A stretch of DNA of 64,000 nt from Eledone cirrhosa (taxonomy: Eukaryota). Where the stretch lies: assembly GCA_964016885.1 (NCBI GenBank), contig OZ024764.1:12400001-12464000 (forward strand), written 5' to 3'. Position numbers and translations under genes: made by a program. Within the stretch, counting starts at the first letter, position 1. Each line of letters begins with the position of its first letter. A model generated the notes under the pieces. It made no database searches. It was given only the letters and a program-made list of their open reading frames with translations, and was not told the DNA's origin. Below are positions 15,785-29,191 of this stretch, in pieces.

Positions 15785-15785
<1 letters not shown>
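13921..15785. repeat. ~36-bp minisatellite (TATATCATCCCCTATCTCTCTCACACACACTCTCTC), ~50 copies
   Basis: Near-invariant TATCATCCCCTATC core with variable (CT)/(CA) spacer. Confidence 0.97.
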
Positions 15786-15843
<58 letters not shown>

Positions 15844-15966
15844 GGAGGTGAGTTTTATTGTAGTACAATAAAGCAATGCAGATATCGGATAAGAAGCACT
15901 CTACAGTTTGTAGGACTGGAGTATGCATAATATAAGATCAAAAGATGGTTAAAGGAGTTCCATGTA

Positions 15967-16033
15967 TTTTATTATGCGCATTTCAAAAACAAACATCATC
16001 ATGCAATAATATTTGTGTTTTCATCAGATAAAA
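15967..16033 (-). ncRNA. Type-I hammerhead ribozyme (mirror copy)
   Basis: Reverse complement of 16154-16220. Confidence 0.8.
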
Positions 16034-16153
16034 CAGGAGAACATGATATGAAGGCTAAAAAACACTTGTGGATAGTGCAGTTTTAAATCAACATGTTGAT
16101 TTAAAACTGCACTATCCACAAGTGTTTTTTAGCCTTCATATCATGTCCTCCTG

Positions 16154-16220
16154 TTTTATCTGATGAAAACACAAATATTATTGCATGATGATGTTTGTTT
16201 TTGAAATGCGCATAATAAAA
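16154..16220 (+). ncRNA. Type-I hammerhead ribozyme
   Basis: TTTTAT-CTGATGA-[16-bp stem II, 15 pairs including 3 G-U, loop GCAT]-GAAA-TGCGCA-TA|ATAAAA; palindromic stem III; 6-bp stem I. Confidence 0.85.
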
Positions 16221-16252
16221 TACATGGAACTCCTTTAACCATCTTTTGATCT

Positions 16253-16315
<63 letters not shown>

Positions 16316-16383
16316 GTTATTCCGGGTTGAATCGGATGTAACCACAGTAAGTAAGGTACTCAATACATTGCAGAGTATAAAAG

Positions 16384-16430
16384 ATTCCTGATGATTTCTA
16401 AAGAATGAAACAGTTCTAGTCCTGTAGAAT
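16384..16430 (+). ncRNA. Type-I hammerhead ribozyme (family D)
   Basis: ATTC-CTGATGA-TTTC-taaa-GAAT-GAAA-CAG-ttctagtc-CTG-TA|GAAT; preceded by its own inverted tail at 16312-16380. Confidence 0.8.
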
Positions 16431-16434
16431 TTCA

Positions 16435-16536
<102 letters not shown>

Positions 16537-16609
16537 AAAAATTGAACGGGAACAAAACAGAGAGGCAGTACGAACAAAGGTTTATTAGTTTCACGCTCTT
16601 GAGAGTGGG

Positions 16610-16676
<67 letters not shown>

Positions 16677-16808
16677 GTGAGGTTTTTTTTACAAAATGAA
16701 AAATAAGCGAGGTGTCCTACACGAGTGAAAGTATAAAGAAAAAAGATGAAATCGAAAATGCAACTGGAGTCTTATTTTTTTTTTTAAATATATATATTTA
16801 TTTGGTTC

Positions 16809-16844
16809 CTTTACCGGTTTCGCAGTTCTTCTGCTTTTCAAAAG
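16809..16844 (-). ncRNA. Minimal hammerhead ribozyme, U3:A8 variant
   Basis: CTT-TTGAAAA-GCAG-aagaa-CTGC-GAAA-CCGG-TA|AAG, then AATAAA. Confidence 0.7.
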
Positions 16845-16873
16845 TAGAGTTGAGATGGAGGGTCTATGGTTTT

Positions 16874-16911
<38 letters not shown>

Positions 16912-16998
16912 GCAAAGTTATATTTAAAATTGTTGGGTTACAACTAGTAAATATTTATAACTGATATAAAAGCACTCGACAAATATTTGGAGTATATT

Positions 16999-17166
16999 TA
17001 CAATATTAAATAAATGGAAAACTATATTTATAAAACCATATCTATTTCATTATATATATTTCGGGGATATCATATTAACAATATTGTTAATATGATATCC
17101 CCGAAATATATATAATGAAATAGATATGGTTTTATAAATATAGTTTTCCATTTATTTAATATTGTA
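16999..17166. mobile_element. 168-bp loopless palindrome centred on an HHR stem-II-like hairpin
   Basis: 84-bp arms, axis at 17082/17083; GGGGATATC...GATATCCCC is closed directly by GAAA-TATATA-TA. Confidence 0.75.
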
Positions 17167-17195
17167 TATATATATATATATATATATATAGGTAT

Positions 17196-17255
<60 letters not shown>

Positions 17256-17257
<2 letters not shown>

Positions 17258-17427
17258 CGAAGGAAATGTGGTAAGGAACCAGGTGGACCATAACACACCA
17301 AAGTACTCAATACTTAGGGTAGTAGAGTGGGTAATAGGAACGAGTAGGACCCCGACGGCTGAGCTCTCTGGACTCGAGAATTAGCCGTCGAAACGGCTTG
17401 AGCTCTGCCGTCGGGGTCCTACTCGTT

Positions 17428-17472
<45 letters not shown>

Positions 17473-17525
17473 CAAAGGAATTGTGGTAGCCGTCGAAACG
17501 GCTTAAGCTCTGCCGTCGGGGTCAT
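17256..17525. mobile_element. Family B fold-back element plus a short second fragment
   Basis: Homologous to 322-526; IR AGGAACGAGTAGGACCCCGACGGC...GCCGTCGGGGTCCTACTCGTTCCT; TA flanks. Confidence 0.75.
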
Positions 17526-17542
17526 ACTTTTTTCTATTTATT

Positions 17543-17578
<36 letters not shown>

Positions 17579-17639
17579 TATATCACTCTATCTATCTTCC
17601 TATCTCTATCTTTCACTCACTCGATCTATATATATCTCA

Positions 17640-17679
<40 letters not shown>

Positions 17680-17684
17680 CTCGC

Positions 17685-17717
<33 letters not shown>

Positions 17718-17879
17718 TTTATCTATCTCTATTTCTCTCTCTTTCTGTCTATTGGTTTGTCTCTGTGTTTGTCTAACTATTTATCCATGTGTCTGACTGT
17801 CTGTGTGTCTGTCTGACTGCCTGTCTGTCTGTCTGTGTGTCTGTCTGACTGCCTGTCTGTCTGTGTGTATGTCTGTTTG

Positions 17880-18540
17880 TCATCCCTTGAATCGCAAGAA
17901 TGTGTTGCAAATTTTGAAGGTGCCAGCTATCGCAGCCATTTGTAGACTATGAATTAGGGAGCTGCGCTCTTTGTCCACAAATCCAAGTTCAGCTATACAT
18001 TGGTCCAAGGGGGTTGGTATATAACCCGTAGCTCCAATAATGATGGGTATGAAGCTAAAGGTGCATCTTGGATACTGGATTTGTAAACTCCTCATCAATG
18101 GTCCGTAGATGTCCTCCTTCTCCTGTATTTTTCTGACAACGTTTACATCAAGTGGGCAGCTGATCTCCACAACAGAACACGTTTTCAATGTGTGGTCCCA
18201 AACAACAATATTATGACGGTTGTGCTTTAATTTGGTGGCAGTTTTTATTTTCAGGTTCCACCAGTATTCCTTAGTGCCATCTGTCTCAATATATTCTTCC
18301 TTGTTTGTTTTTAATTTTGTTTTCCGAAGTGTGTTCCAGATGGTTCTAGCTATCCCATCGTGTCTCATGGGGAGGTAGTAGTGTGATGACATTCTTTCGC
18401 AGCTGGCAACAATGTGGCTTACATCTTCGATCTTTGTTTTACATAGCCTGCATTTATAGTCAGCTGATGGCCCTCCCCTTTGTGCACCAGATATGTGGTA
18501 GGGAGTTCTTGTTCCTGTATTGCATAGAGATATCCTTCAG
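17880..18540 (-). pseudogene. R4/Dong-like non-LTR retrotransposon C-terminus (CCHC finger plus restriction-like endonuclease)
   Basis: EGYLYAIQEQELPT, frameshift, then CRLCKTKIEDVSHIVASC, RHD, HNRHNIVVWD (degenerate RPD), VVEISCP, KEDIY, PIIIGATG. Confidence 0.85.
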
Positions 18541-18638
18541 GGTGGAATGTTATGAACTTATCAGAACTTATCAGGCAAAAGCATGTGTGTGTGTGCGTCT
18601 ATATATAGACACACACTCATATATATGTGTCTATCTAT

Positions 18639-18703
<65 letters not shown>

Positions 18704-19010
18704 ATTGTTATACTTGGGGAGGGTGATATTGTTGTAATAATATTGCCAGAAATAATAACAGAACACACTCACTGTTTGGTTGGTTTTCGCTTCTGTATCT
18801 TTTATATCTCCATAGTTAATTTATTTGGCAATCAAAGTTTATCATTGATTGACCAACAGTCAAAAATACAGATATAAATATATATATATATATATATATA
18901 GTCTATCAAAGGTCTTTCGTTGCACATCTGCAACATCATCAGTGGTACTATTATGTTTCCCCCTGTTGTATTGTATGTCTAAGCCATTTTTCTTGCAATC
19001 TACGCCATCA
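18704..19010 (-). mobile_element. Penelope-like pLTR (family C) with HHR core at ~18905-18947
   Basis: Reverse-complement homolog of ~31875-32152; CTGATGA-T-GTTGCA-gatg-TGCAAC-GAAA-GACCTTT. Confidence 0.8.
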
Positions 19011-19095
19011 AAAACCTTTCAAAACAAATTCATATATATATATATAATTATAAGTTAAGAAAAGTCAGACGAAATATATCCAATTTTTCTTCTCC

Positions 19096-19307
19096 TTAGT
19101 CCGTAGAAATTAACTAGATAAATAATCAATTAAACGGAACTAAGTTTAAAATCTAACTTTGAAGAAATAACAGATAAATGATACAGACTTTCCCTCGCGG
19201 GGAACAGTCAGATAAGATTTACCCAGTCTTTCTTCTTAGTCCGTAGAAATTAACTAGATAAATAATCATTTAAACGGAGCTAAGTTTAAAATCTAACTTT
19301 GAAGAAA
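19096..19307. repeat. Two ~72-bp direct repeats, each with an internal hairpin
   Basis: CTTAGTCCGT...ACGGA(A/G)CTAAGTTTAAAATCTAACTTTGAAGAAA at ~19096 and ~19235. Confidence 0.85.
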
Positions 19308-19453
19308 AAATGTATATAAACTTTACCAAAATTCTTCTAGTCGCGACTATCGATAGTTTTGTTGGTACTTTGTGGATAAGACCAATCCTGGTATTATCCA
19401 TGAGGTTTCGAGCTTCTTAAGAGACTCCCTCAGTTAGGATTAAAATTTCTAAA

Positions 19454-19489
<36 letters not shown>

Positions 19490-19827
19490 CATACACGCCA
19501 AAAATATCTTAGAAAAATATCTTTATCGTAATGGCTATGCTAAAACAACAAGTACCATGGCAACAGAAAAAATCCTCCCACACCACTACACCACCACCAC
19601 TACACCACCATTACACTACCACCACCACCTACATCTCCCATGTTGACAGTAAAAGACCTCAAATTCTTACCGAATTCTACAAATTCAACACCAAAACACA
19701 AAGTGTATATGTGACTCTTGGCATTTTCCCTTCATAATCTTTACAAAGCGTATATATATACACATGTATGTATATATGTATACATATATATATACACACA
19801 TGTATATATACATATATATATATACAC

Positions 19828-19861
<34 letters not shown>

Positions 19862-19961
19862 GTATGCGTGTGTGTGTGTGTATGTATGTATGTATATATA
19901 TATATGTATATATGTATATATGTACAGTATATATATATATATACATATATTTATATGTATA

Positions 19962-20004
<43 letters not shown>

Positions 20005-20060
20005 ACATATATGTAAATGAGAATATGTGCGTTTATATATCTATATATGCAAGTATATTT

Positions 20061-20120
<60 letters not shown>

Positions 20121-20266
20121 CTATATATATATATACATATGCATGTGTGTGTATATATATATACACACAGGCACGCACACACATATATATATATTTGTGT
20201 ATATATATATATATATAAATGTGTGTGTTTGTATATATAAACTATGTTTATATATACACACATATA

Positions 20267-20384
<118 letters not shown>

Positions 20385-20660
20385 TGTGTGTGTGTGTATA
20401 TATAAACATAGTTTATATATACAAACACAGAGATACAATTACTCGAGGTATTATTAGTTTCATGCTTGCTGGAAAAGGCAAAGGAATGTTTCAGCGTATC
20501 GGACGTTAATCCTTCGTCGACAGAAAGTAGAAAAGTCAGAAGAGAGGGAGGCTAGAATGTGGAAAGCAAAAAAAGAAAGAAAATAGAGTTTATGAGAATG
20601 TTTGAGGAGACTGAGGTTAGCTGGACATGGCAACCAACATTGAGAGTAGTGTCTTTATTT

Positions 20661-20782
20661 TACTGGTACTTTATTTTATCGACCCCGTAAGGATGAAGGG
20701 CAAAGTTAACCTCGGCGGGATTTGAACTCAGAGCGTAAAGGGCCGTACCTCTATGCTGCAAAGTATGGCGTCCGACGCTCTT
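20661..20782 (-). mobile_element. Meta-type SINE fragment
   Basis: Reverse complement of ~7315-7435. Confidence 0.8.
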
Positions 20783-20814
<32 letters not shown>

Positions 20815-21163
20815 GAAGCAATATTAATAGAAGAAGAAAGAGAAGAAGAAGAAGAAGAAGAAGAAGAAGAAGAAAGAGAGAAGAAGAAGTAGACTGAAGA
20901 AGAAGAAGAAGAAGAAGAAGAAGAAGAAGAAGAAGAAGAAGAAGAAGAAAGAGAAGAAGCAATATTAATAGAAGAAGAAAGAGAAGAAGAAGGAGAAGAA
21001 GAAGGAGAAGAAGAAGAAAGAGAAGAAGCAATATTAATAGAAGAAGAAAGAGAAGAAGAAGAAGAAGAAGAAGAAGCAATATTAATGGAAGAAGAAAGAA
21101 AAGAAGAAGAAGAAGAAGTAGACTGAAGAAGAAGAAAAAGAAGAAGAAGAAGAAGAAGAAGAA
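20783..21163. repeat. (GAA)n microsatellite with repeated GCAATATTAATA interruptions
   Basis: Directly visible. Confidence 0.95.
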
Positions 21164-21166
21164 GGA

Positions 21167-21365
21167 GGGCGGGGACGAGGAAGAGGGAGAGGGGGGGAGG
21201 AGAACGTGGGCATCAAAAGCAGTTGTTTACATGGAATAGGAAAAAAAAAAATGGCGAACGCCAACGGAAATTACCGACCATACTTCCGGTGTGTGCGATT
21301 CATTGGTTGTGTTGTTTTTCGGCTGACTGTCCCGAGACCCACACCTTACCCACCTCCGCCTTTAT
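21167..21365. promoter_or_regulatory. Promoter/enhancer-like motif cluster
   Basis: GGGCGGGG (21167), TGTTTAC (21224), AAAATGGCG (~21248), ACTTCCGG (21282), ATTGG (21302), CpG-rich. Confidence 0.35.
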
Positions 21366-21375
21366 TAGTCAGACC

Positions 21376-21417
<42 letters not shown>

Positions 21418-21444
21418 AATATATATGTATATATATATATATTC

Positions 21445-21498
<54 letters not shown>

Positions 21499-21547
21499 AT
21501 AAGTATATGGATCTGTGTTTACATATCTATATTCACACACCCACGTA

Positions 21548-21615
<68 letters not shown>

Positions 21616-21633
21616 TGTGTGTGTATGTATGTA

Positions 21634-21688
<55 letters not shown>

Positions 21689-21837
21689 CTCGGGAATTTT
21701 ACCCGCCTTAGATATATATAGCTATCAATACACATAGATACATATGTATGTATATATATATAAATATATATATATGTATATAAATATGTATATATATATG
21801 TATATATATATGTATATATACATATATATTATATATA

Positions 21838-21895
<58 letters not shown>

Positions 21896-21916
21896 AATAT
21901 ATATGTATGTATATAA

Positions 21917-21947
<31 letters not shown>

Positions 21948-22839
21948 TGTATGTATGTATGTATGTATGTATGTATGTATGTATGTATGTATATATGTGT
22001 GTATATGGTATGTTCTGTAAAGATCTTAAGATTATGATTCCGGATATTGCTTTTTCCCTGATTCCGTTCGGTCAGATGAAATATCAATATCACCCCCACC
22101 CACCCACCCCCACACACACACCGCCCCAGCCCCACCACGCCTGCTCATACAGCGTCTCTCCATCCTTGACAACCACCATCGACACTACCAACTCCACCAA
22201 TACTAATATCAGCATCAACAGCACTATAGCCATCAATACCATCAACACTACGAACAACAACACCACTACTACAACCACCACTACCACCACCAACACCACT
22301 ACTACAACCATCATAAGTACTACCAGCACCAACTACAACACCACTACTACAACCACCACTACCACCACCACCACCAACACTACCACTAGAACCACCACTA
22401 CCACCACCAACACCAACACTAGAACCACCACCAACACTACCACTACAACCACCACTACCACCACCAACACCACCAACACCAACAACACCAACACCACCAA
22501 CACTACCACTACCACTACCACCACCATCACCACTACCGCCACCACCACTACCACCAGCACCACTACCACCACTACCACCATCACCACCATCACCACCCCC
22601 AGCACCACCACCACCACTACCACCACCACCCACCAATGACTTCACCTCTGTCTCAACACGTCACTATGACACGGCATTGAGTAAACAACCACCACCACTA
22701 CTGCTACTACTACTACTACTACTACCACTACCACTACTACCACCACCACCACTACCAACACCACCACTACTACCACCACCACTACTACCACCACCATTAC
22801 TACCACTACCTTTATCCCAAATAACATCTAACCACCACT

Positions 22840-25800
22840 ACCCCAAGTCCACCAATGTCTACCCGAGTCTACCCCAAGTCTGCACCACTTTTACCCCAAA
22901 TCCACCCATGTCTACCCACTGCTACCCAGTCTACCCCAAATCAACCAAACCAGCTACCCAGTCTACCCCAAATTTATCCTAGTCTACCCGAGGTCTACCC
23001 CGTCTACCACAATCTACCCCGGCCAGTTTATCCAGTCTACCCACAGCTATCCAGTCTACCCAAATCTATCCCAGTCTACCCACAACTATCCAGTCTACCC
23101 ACATTTATCCAATCTACCCAAATCTACCCCAGTCTACCCGCAGCTACCCAGTCTACCCACAGCTACCCAGTCTACCCCAGCCTACCCCAGTCACCCCAGC
23201 CAGCTACCCAGTCTACCCCAGCCTACCTCAATCTATCCACAACTACCCCAGCCAGCTACCCAGTCTACCCTTGTGTAGCTCAGTCTACTCCAATCTACCC
23301 CAGCCAGCTACCCAGTCTACCCAAGTGTACCCCAGTCTACCCCAGCCAGCTACCCAGTCTACCCGAGATCTACCCCAGTCTACCCCAGCCAGCTACCCAA
23401 TCTACCCCAGCCAGCTACCAATCTACCCCAGCCAGCTACCCAGTCTACCCACAGCCACCCTAGCCAGCCTACCCCGGTCTACCCCAGTCTACCCACAGCC
23501 ACCCTAGCCAGCTACCCCGGTCTACCCCAGTCTACCCACAGCCACCCTAGCCAGCCTACCCCAGCCTACCCCAGTCTACCCACAGCCACCCTAGCCAGCT
23601 ACCCAGTCTACCCCAGTCTACCCACAGCCACCCCAGCCAGCCTACCCCAGCCTACCCCAGTCTACCCACAGCCACCCTAGCCAGCTACCCAGTCTACCCC
23701 AGTCTACCCACAGCCACCCCAGCCAGCCTACCCCAGTCTACCCCAGTCTACCCACAGCCACCCTAGCCAGCTACCCAGTCTACCCCAGTCTACCCACAGC
23801 CACCCTAGCCAGCTACCCAGTCTACCCTGTCTACCCACAGCCACCCTAGCCAGCTACCCAGTCTACCCTGTCTACCCACAGCCACCCTAGCCAGCTACCC
23901 AGTCTACCCCAGTCTACCCACAGCCACCCTAGCCAGCTACCCAGCCTACCCTGTCTACCCACAGCCACCCTAGCCAGCTACCCAGTCTACCCTGTCTACC
24001 CACAGCCACCCTAGCCAGTCTACCCCAGTCTACCCACAGCCACCCCAGCCAGCTACCCAGTCTACCCTGTCTACCCACAGCCACCCTAGCCAGCTACCCA
24101 GTCTACCCTGTCTACCCACAGCCACCCTAGCCAGTCTACCCCAGTCTACCCACAGCCACCCCAGCCAGCTACCCAGTCTACCCCAGTCTACCCACAGCCA
24201 CCCTAGCCAGCTACCCAGTCTACCCTGTCTACCCACAGCCACCCCAGCCAGCTACCCAGTCTACCCCAGTCTACCCACAGCCACCCCAGCCAGCTACCCA
24301 GTCTACCCTGTCTACCCACAGCCACCCCAGCCAGCTACCCAGTCTACCCTGTCTACCCACAGCCACCCTAGCCAGCTACCCAGTCTACCCTGTCTACCCA
24401 CAGCCACCCTAGCCAGCTACCCAGTCTACCCCAGTCTACCCACAGCCACCCTAGACAGCTACCCAGCCTACCCTGTCTACCCACAGCCACCCTAGCCAGC
24501 TACCCAGTCTACCCTGTCTACCCACAGCCACCCTAGCCAGCTATCCAGTCTACCCTGTCTACCCACAGCCACCCTAGCCAGCTACCCAGTCTACCCACAG
24601 CCACCCTAGCCAGCTACCCAGCCTACCCTGTCTACCCACAGCCACCCTAGCCAGCTACCCAGTCTACCCTGTCTACCCACAGCCACCCTAGCCAGCTACC
24701 CAGTCTACCCTGTCTACCTACAGCCACCCTAGCCAGTCTACCCCAGTCTACCCACAGCCACCCCAGCAGCTACCCTGTCTACCCACAGCCACCCTAGCCA
24801 GCTACCCAGTCTACCCTGTCTACCCACAGCCACCCTAGCCAGCTACCCAGCCTACCCTGTCTACCCACAGCCACCCTAGCCAGCTACCCAGTCTACCCTG
24901 TCTACCCACAGCCACCCTAGCCAGCTACCCAGTCTACCCCAGTCTACCCACAGCCACCCTAGCCAACTACCCAGTCTACCCTGTCTACCCACAGCCACCC
25001 TAGCCAGCTACCCAGTCTACCCTGTCTACCCACAGCCACCCTAGCCAGCTACCCAGCCTACCCTGTCTACCCACAGCCACCCTAGCCAGCTACCCAGTCT
25101 ACCCTGTCTACCCACAGCCACCCTAGCCAGCTACCCAGTCTACCCCTGTCTACCCACAGCCACCCTAGCCAGTCTACCCCAGTCTACCCACAGCCACCCC
25201 AGCCAGCTACCCAGTCTACCCCAGTCTACCCACAGCCACCCTAGCCAGCTACCCAGTCTAACCTTTCTACCCACAGCCACCCTAGCCAGCTACCCAGTCT
25301 ACCCTGTCTACCCACAGCCACCCTAGCCAGCTACCCAGTCTACCCCTGTCTACCCACAGCCACCCTAGCCAGTCTACCCCAGTCTACCCACAGCCACCCC
25401 AGCCAGCTACCCAGTCTACCCCAGTCTACCCACAGCCACCCTAGCCAGCTACCCAGTCTAACCTTTCTACCCACAGCCACCCTAGCCAGCTACCCAGTCT
25501 ACCCTGTCTACCCACAGCCACCCTAGCCAGCTACCCAGTCTACCCCTGTCTACCCACAGCCACCCTAGCCAGTCTACCCCAGTCTACCCACAGCCACCCC
25601 AGCCAGCTACCCAGTCTACCCCAGTCTACCCACAGCCACCCTAGCCAGCTACCCAGTCTAACCTTTCTACCCACAGCCACCCTAGCCAGCTACCCAGTCT
25701 ACCCCAGTCTACCCACAGCCACCCCAGCCAGCTACCCAGCCTACCCCAGTCTACCCACAGCCACCCCAGCCAGCTACCCAGTCTACCCCAGTCTACCCAC

Positions 25801-25860
25801 AGCCACCCTAGCCAGCTACCCAGTCTACCCCAGTCTACCCACAGCCACCCTAGCCAGCCA
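22840..25860. repeat. C-rich 41-42-bp minisatellite built from ~10-bp CCAGTCTACC subunits
   Basis: Unit CCAGTCTACCCACAGCCACCCTAGCCAGCTACCCAGTCTACC. Confidence 0.97.
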
Positions 25861-26361
25861 CCAACCAACCCTACAGACACCACCACACACTCACCAGACA
25901 TCACAGAAACAGGTCAACCCTGTTTTGTAATATAATACACAAAAAATGTTTATAAACGCTTGTTTATACATACATGTTTGTATATACACACTTGTTTATA
26001 TATACACAAAAGAGTTTAAGTGGTTGTTGATGTTAATGTTGTTGGTGTTGTTTTTATTCAAGATCTTTGTCTTACTGGTGTAGATTTTGTTGATAGTGGG
26101 TGTATATATATATGTCTGTGTGTATATATATGTGTATATATATGTGTATATATGTGTGTGTATATGTATGTATGTATATATGTGTATATACATACGTATA
26201 TGTGTGTATATGTGCATATATGTATATATAAACATATATATGCATATATATATGTATATATATTATATATATATGTATGTATATATATACATACATATAT
26301 ATGTGTGTATATATATATATAAGTATATATATATATATATATGTGTGTGTGTATATATAAG

Positions 26362-26392
<31 letters not shown>

Positions 26393-26403
26393 GTGTATAT
26401 AAG

Positions 26404-26538
<135 letters not shown>

Positions 26539-26858
26539 CCGAAAACCCAACAAGGGAAAGCAGCACAGCAGAACAATGCAGTACAATTATGATATAAACT
26601 AATTTAACGTTTTATATACACATATATATATATATATACATATCTGTATGTATATATACATATATATATATATTCATATATGTATATATATACATATATA
26701 TACATATATGTATGTATATATACATATATATATATATACATATATGTATATATATATGTATATATATACACGCATATACATATATACATATACATATGTA
26801 TGTGTATGTATATATATATATATAACCTCTACGTATATATATATAGGTATAATATCTA

Positions 26859-26937
26859 TTGTGTCGTCAAGTATGAAATTTGTCGAACTTTGTAGAAAGA
26901 ATACGAATTTCTACAAATTTCATACTTGATGTCCCAA
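26859..26937. mobile_element. ~80-bp mariner-type MITE, copy 2
   Basis: IR TCAAGTATGAAATTTGT/ACAAATTTCATACTTGA; homologous to 4646-4725. Confidence 0.7.
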
Positions 26938-26948
26938 CATATACTTAT

Positions 26949-26999
<51 letters not shown>

Positions 27000-27153
27000 C
27001 ACATGTATATACACACATGTATATACACGTAGTACAACAGTTGTATTGTACATGGTCCCCAAACGATATCAACTTTCCATGGGTTTTTTTCAATTTCTTT
27101 CGAAACATTTTTATATAGAATTACCGAAAAATAAGCTATATATATATATATAC

Positions 27154-27231
<78 letters not shown>

Positions 27232-27367
27232 GTATGTGTATATATATATATATATATCCAAAATGCAATGATTCATTTAATTTAACATAATACACAGTTA
27301 AAAGCTGTCGTCCTTATGGGACAAATTAGTGTTCACTAATATATATATATATATACATACATTTATA

Positions 27368-27886
<519 letters not shown>

Positions 27887-27887
27887 A

Positions 27888-27918
<31 letters not shown>

Positions 27919-27972
27919 TTATATATTATGGAATACTGTTGGGTTTTTGCTACAATATTTTCTATACCTTTC

Positions 27973-28018
<46 letters not shown>

Positions 28019-28131
28019 GATTCCAGTTCCTCAGTGAAATAACAACCCAACCAGGAACTGGGCATATCAGAGTATTGACAAAATTATACACCTCAACAAC
28101 ATATGTACTTGTCTATACCACACTAATTCGG

Positions 28132-28192
28132 ACTGCCTGAAGAGGTCACAGCCAAAGATGGCTGTCACTGAAATATATATAGCTGTAATAAA
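28132..28192 (+). ncRNA. Type-I hammerhead ribozyme, slightly decayed
   Basis: ACTGC-CTGAAGA-GGTCACAGCC-aaagat-GGCTGTCACT-GAAA-TATATA-TA|GCTGT-AATAAA; one mismatch each in stems I and II. Confidence 0.7.
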
Positions 28193-28333
28193 CGAAGCTA
28201 AATTTTAAACATTTGACTTTTTATTTAACTTCATTTTACACTACTCCGGAGTAACCAAACCAACCTGCGCACTTCGTCGAGTGCTCCAACCTGCATACTG
28301 AGGTGTTGCTATACAACCAACATATACTCAAAA

Positions 28334-28403
<70 letters not shown>

Positions 28404-28534
28404 GATAAATCTACCAAGAGTTTACGGTAGTGTCCAATCCGTATGAAGAACTCAATGTAATCCGGATATCATGGAAAGAAGAGATGCAATGAAATATCAC
28501 TTTCGGTGAAAGATAAACGGAATACAGAGTCAAG

Positions 28535-29191
<657 letters not shown>

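Larger units (their letters stand above)
15927..16260. mobile_element. 334-bp loopless palindrome with one HHR per arm (PLE-like, family A)
   Basis: 167-bp arms, one mismatch seen, axis at 16093/16094; right end runs into (TA)n. Confidence 0.85.

Noticed and set aside
19400-19440. Minus-strand HHR-like CTGAGG-GAG..CTC-GAAAC
   Set aside because: A9 is missing and there is no convincing stem I or cleavage triplet
20488-20525. Minus-strand TCGACGAAGGA..TCCGATAC HHR-like string
   Set aside because: Two or more core mismatches; at best a decayed relic
22840-25860. Telomeric repeat
   Set aside because: No TTAGGG/CCCTAA arrays; the unit is a complex 41-42-mer
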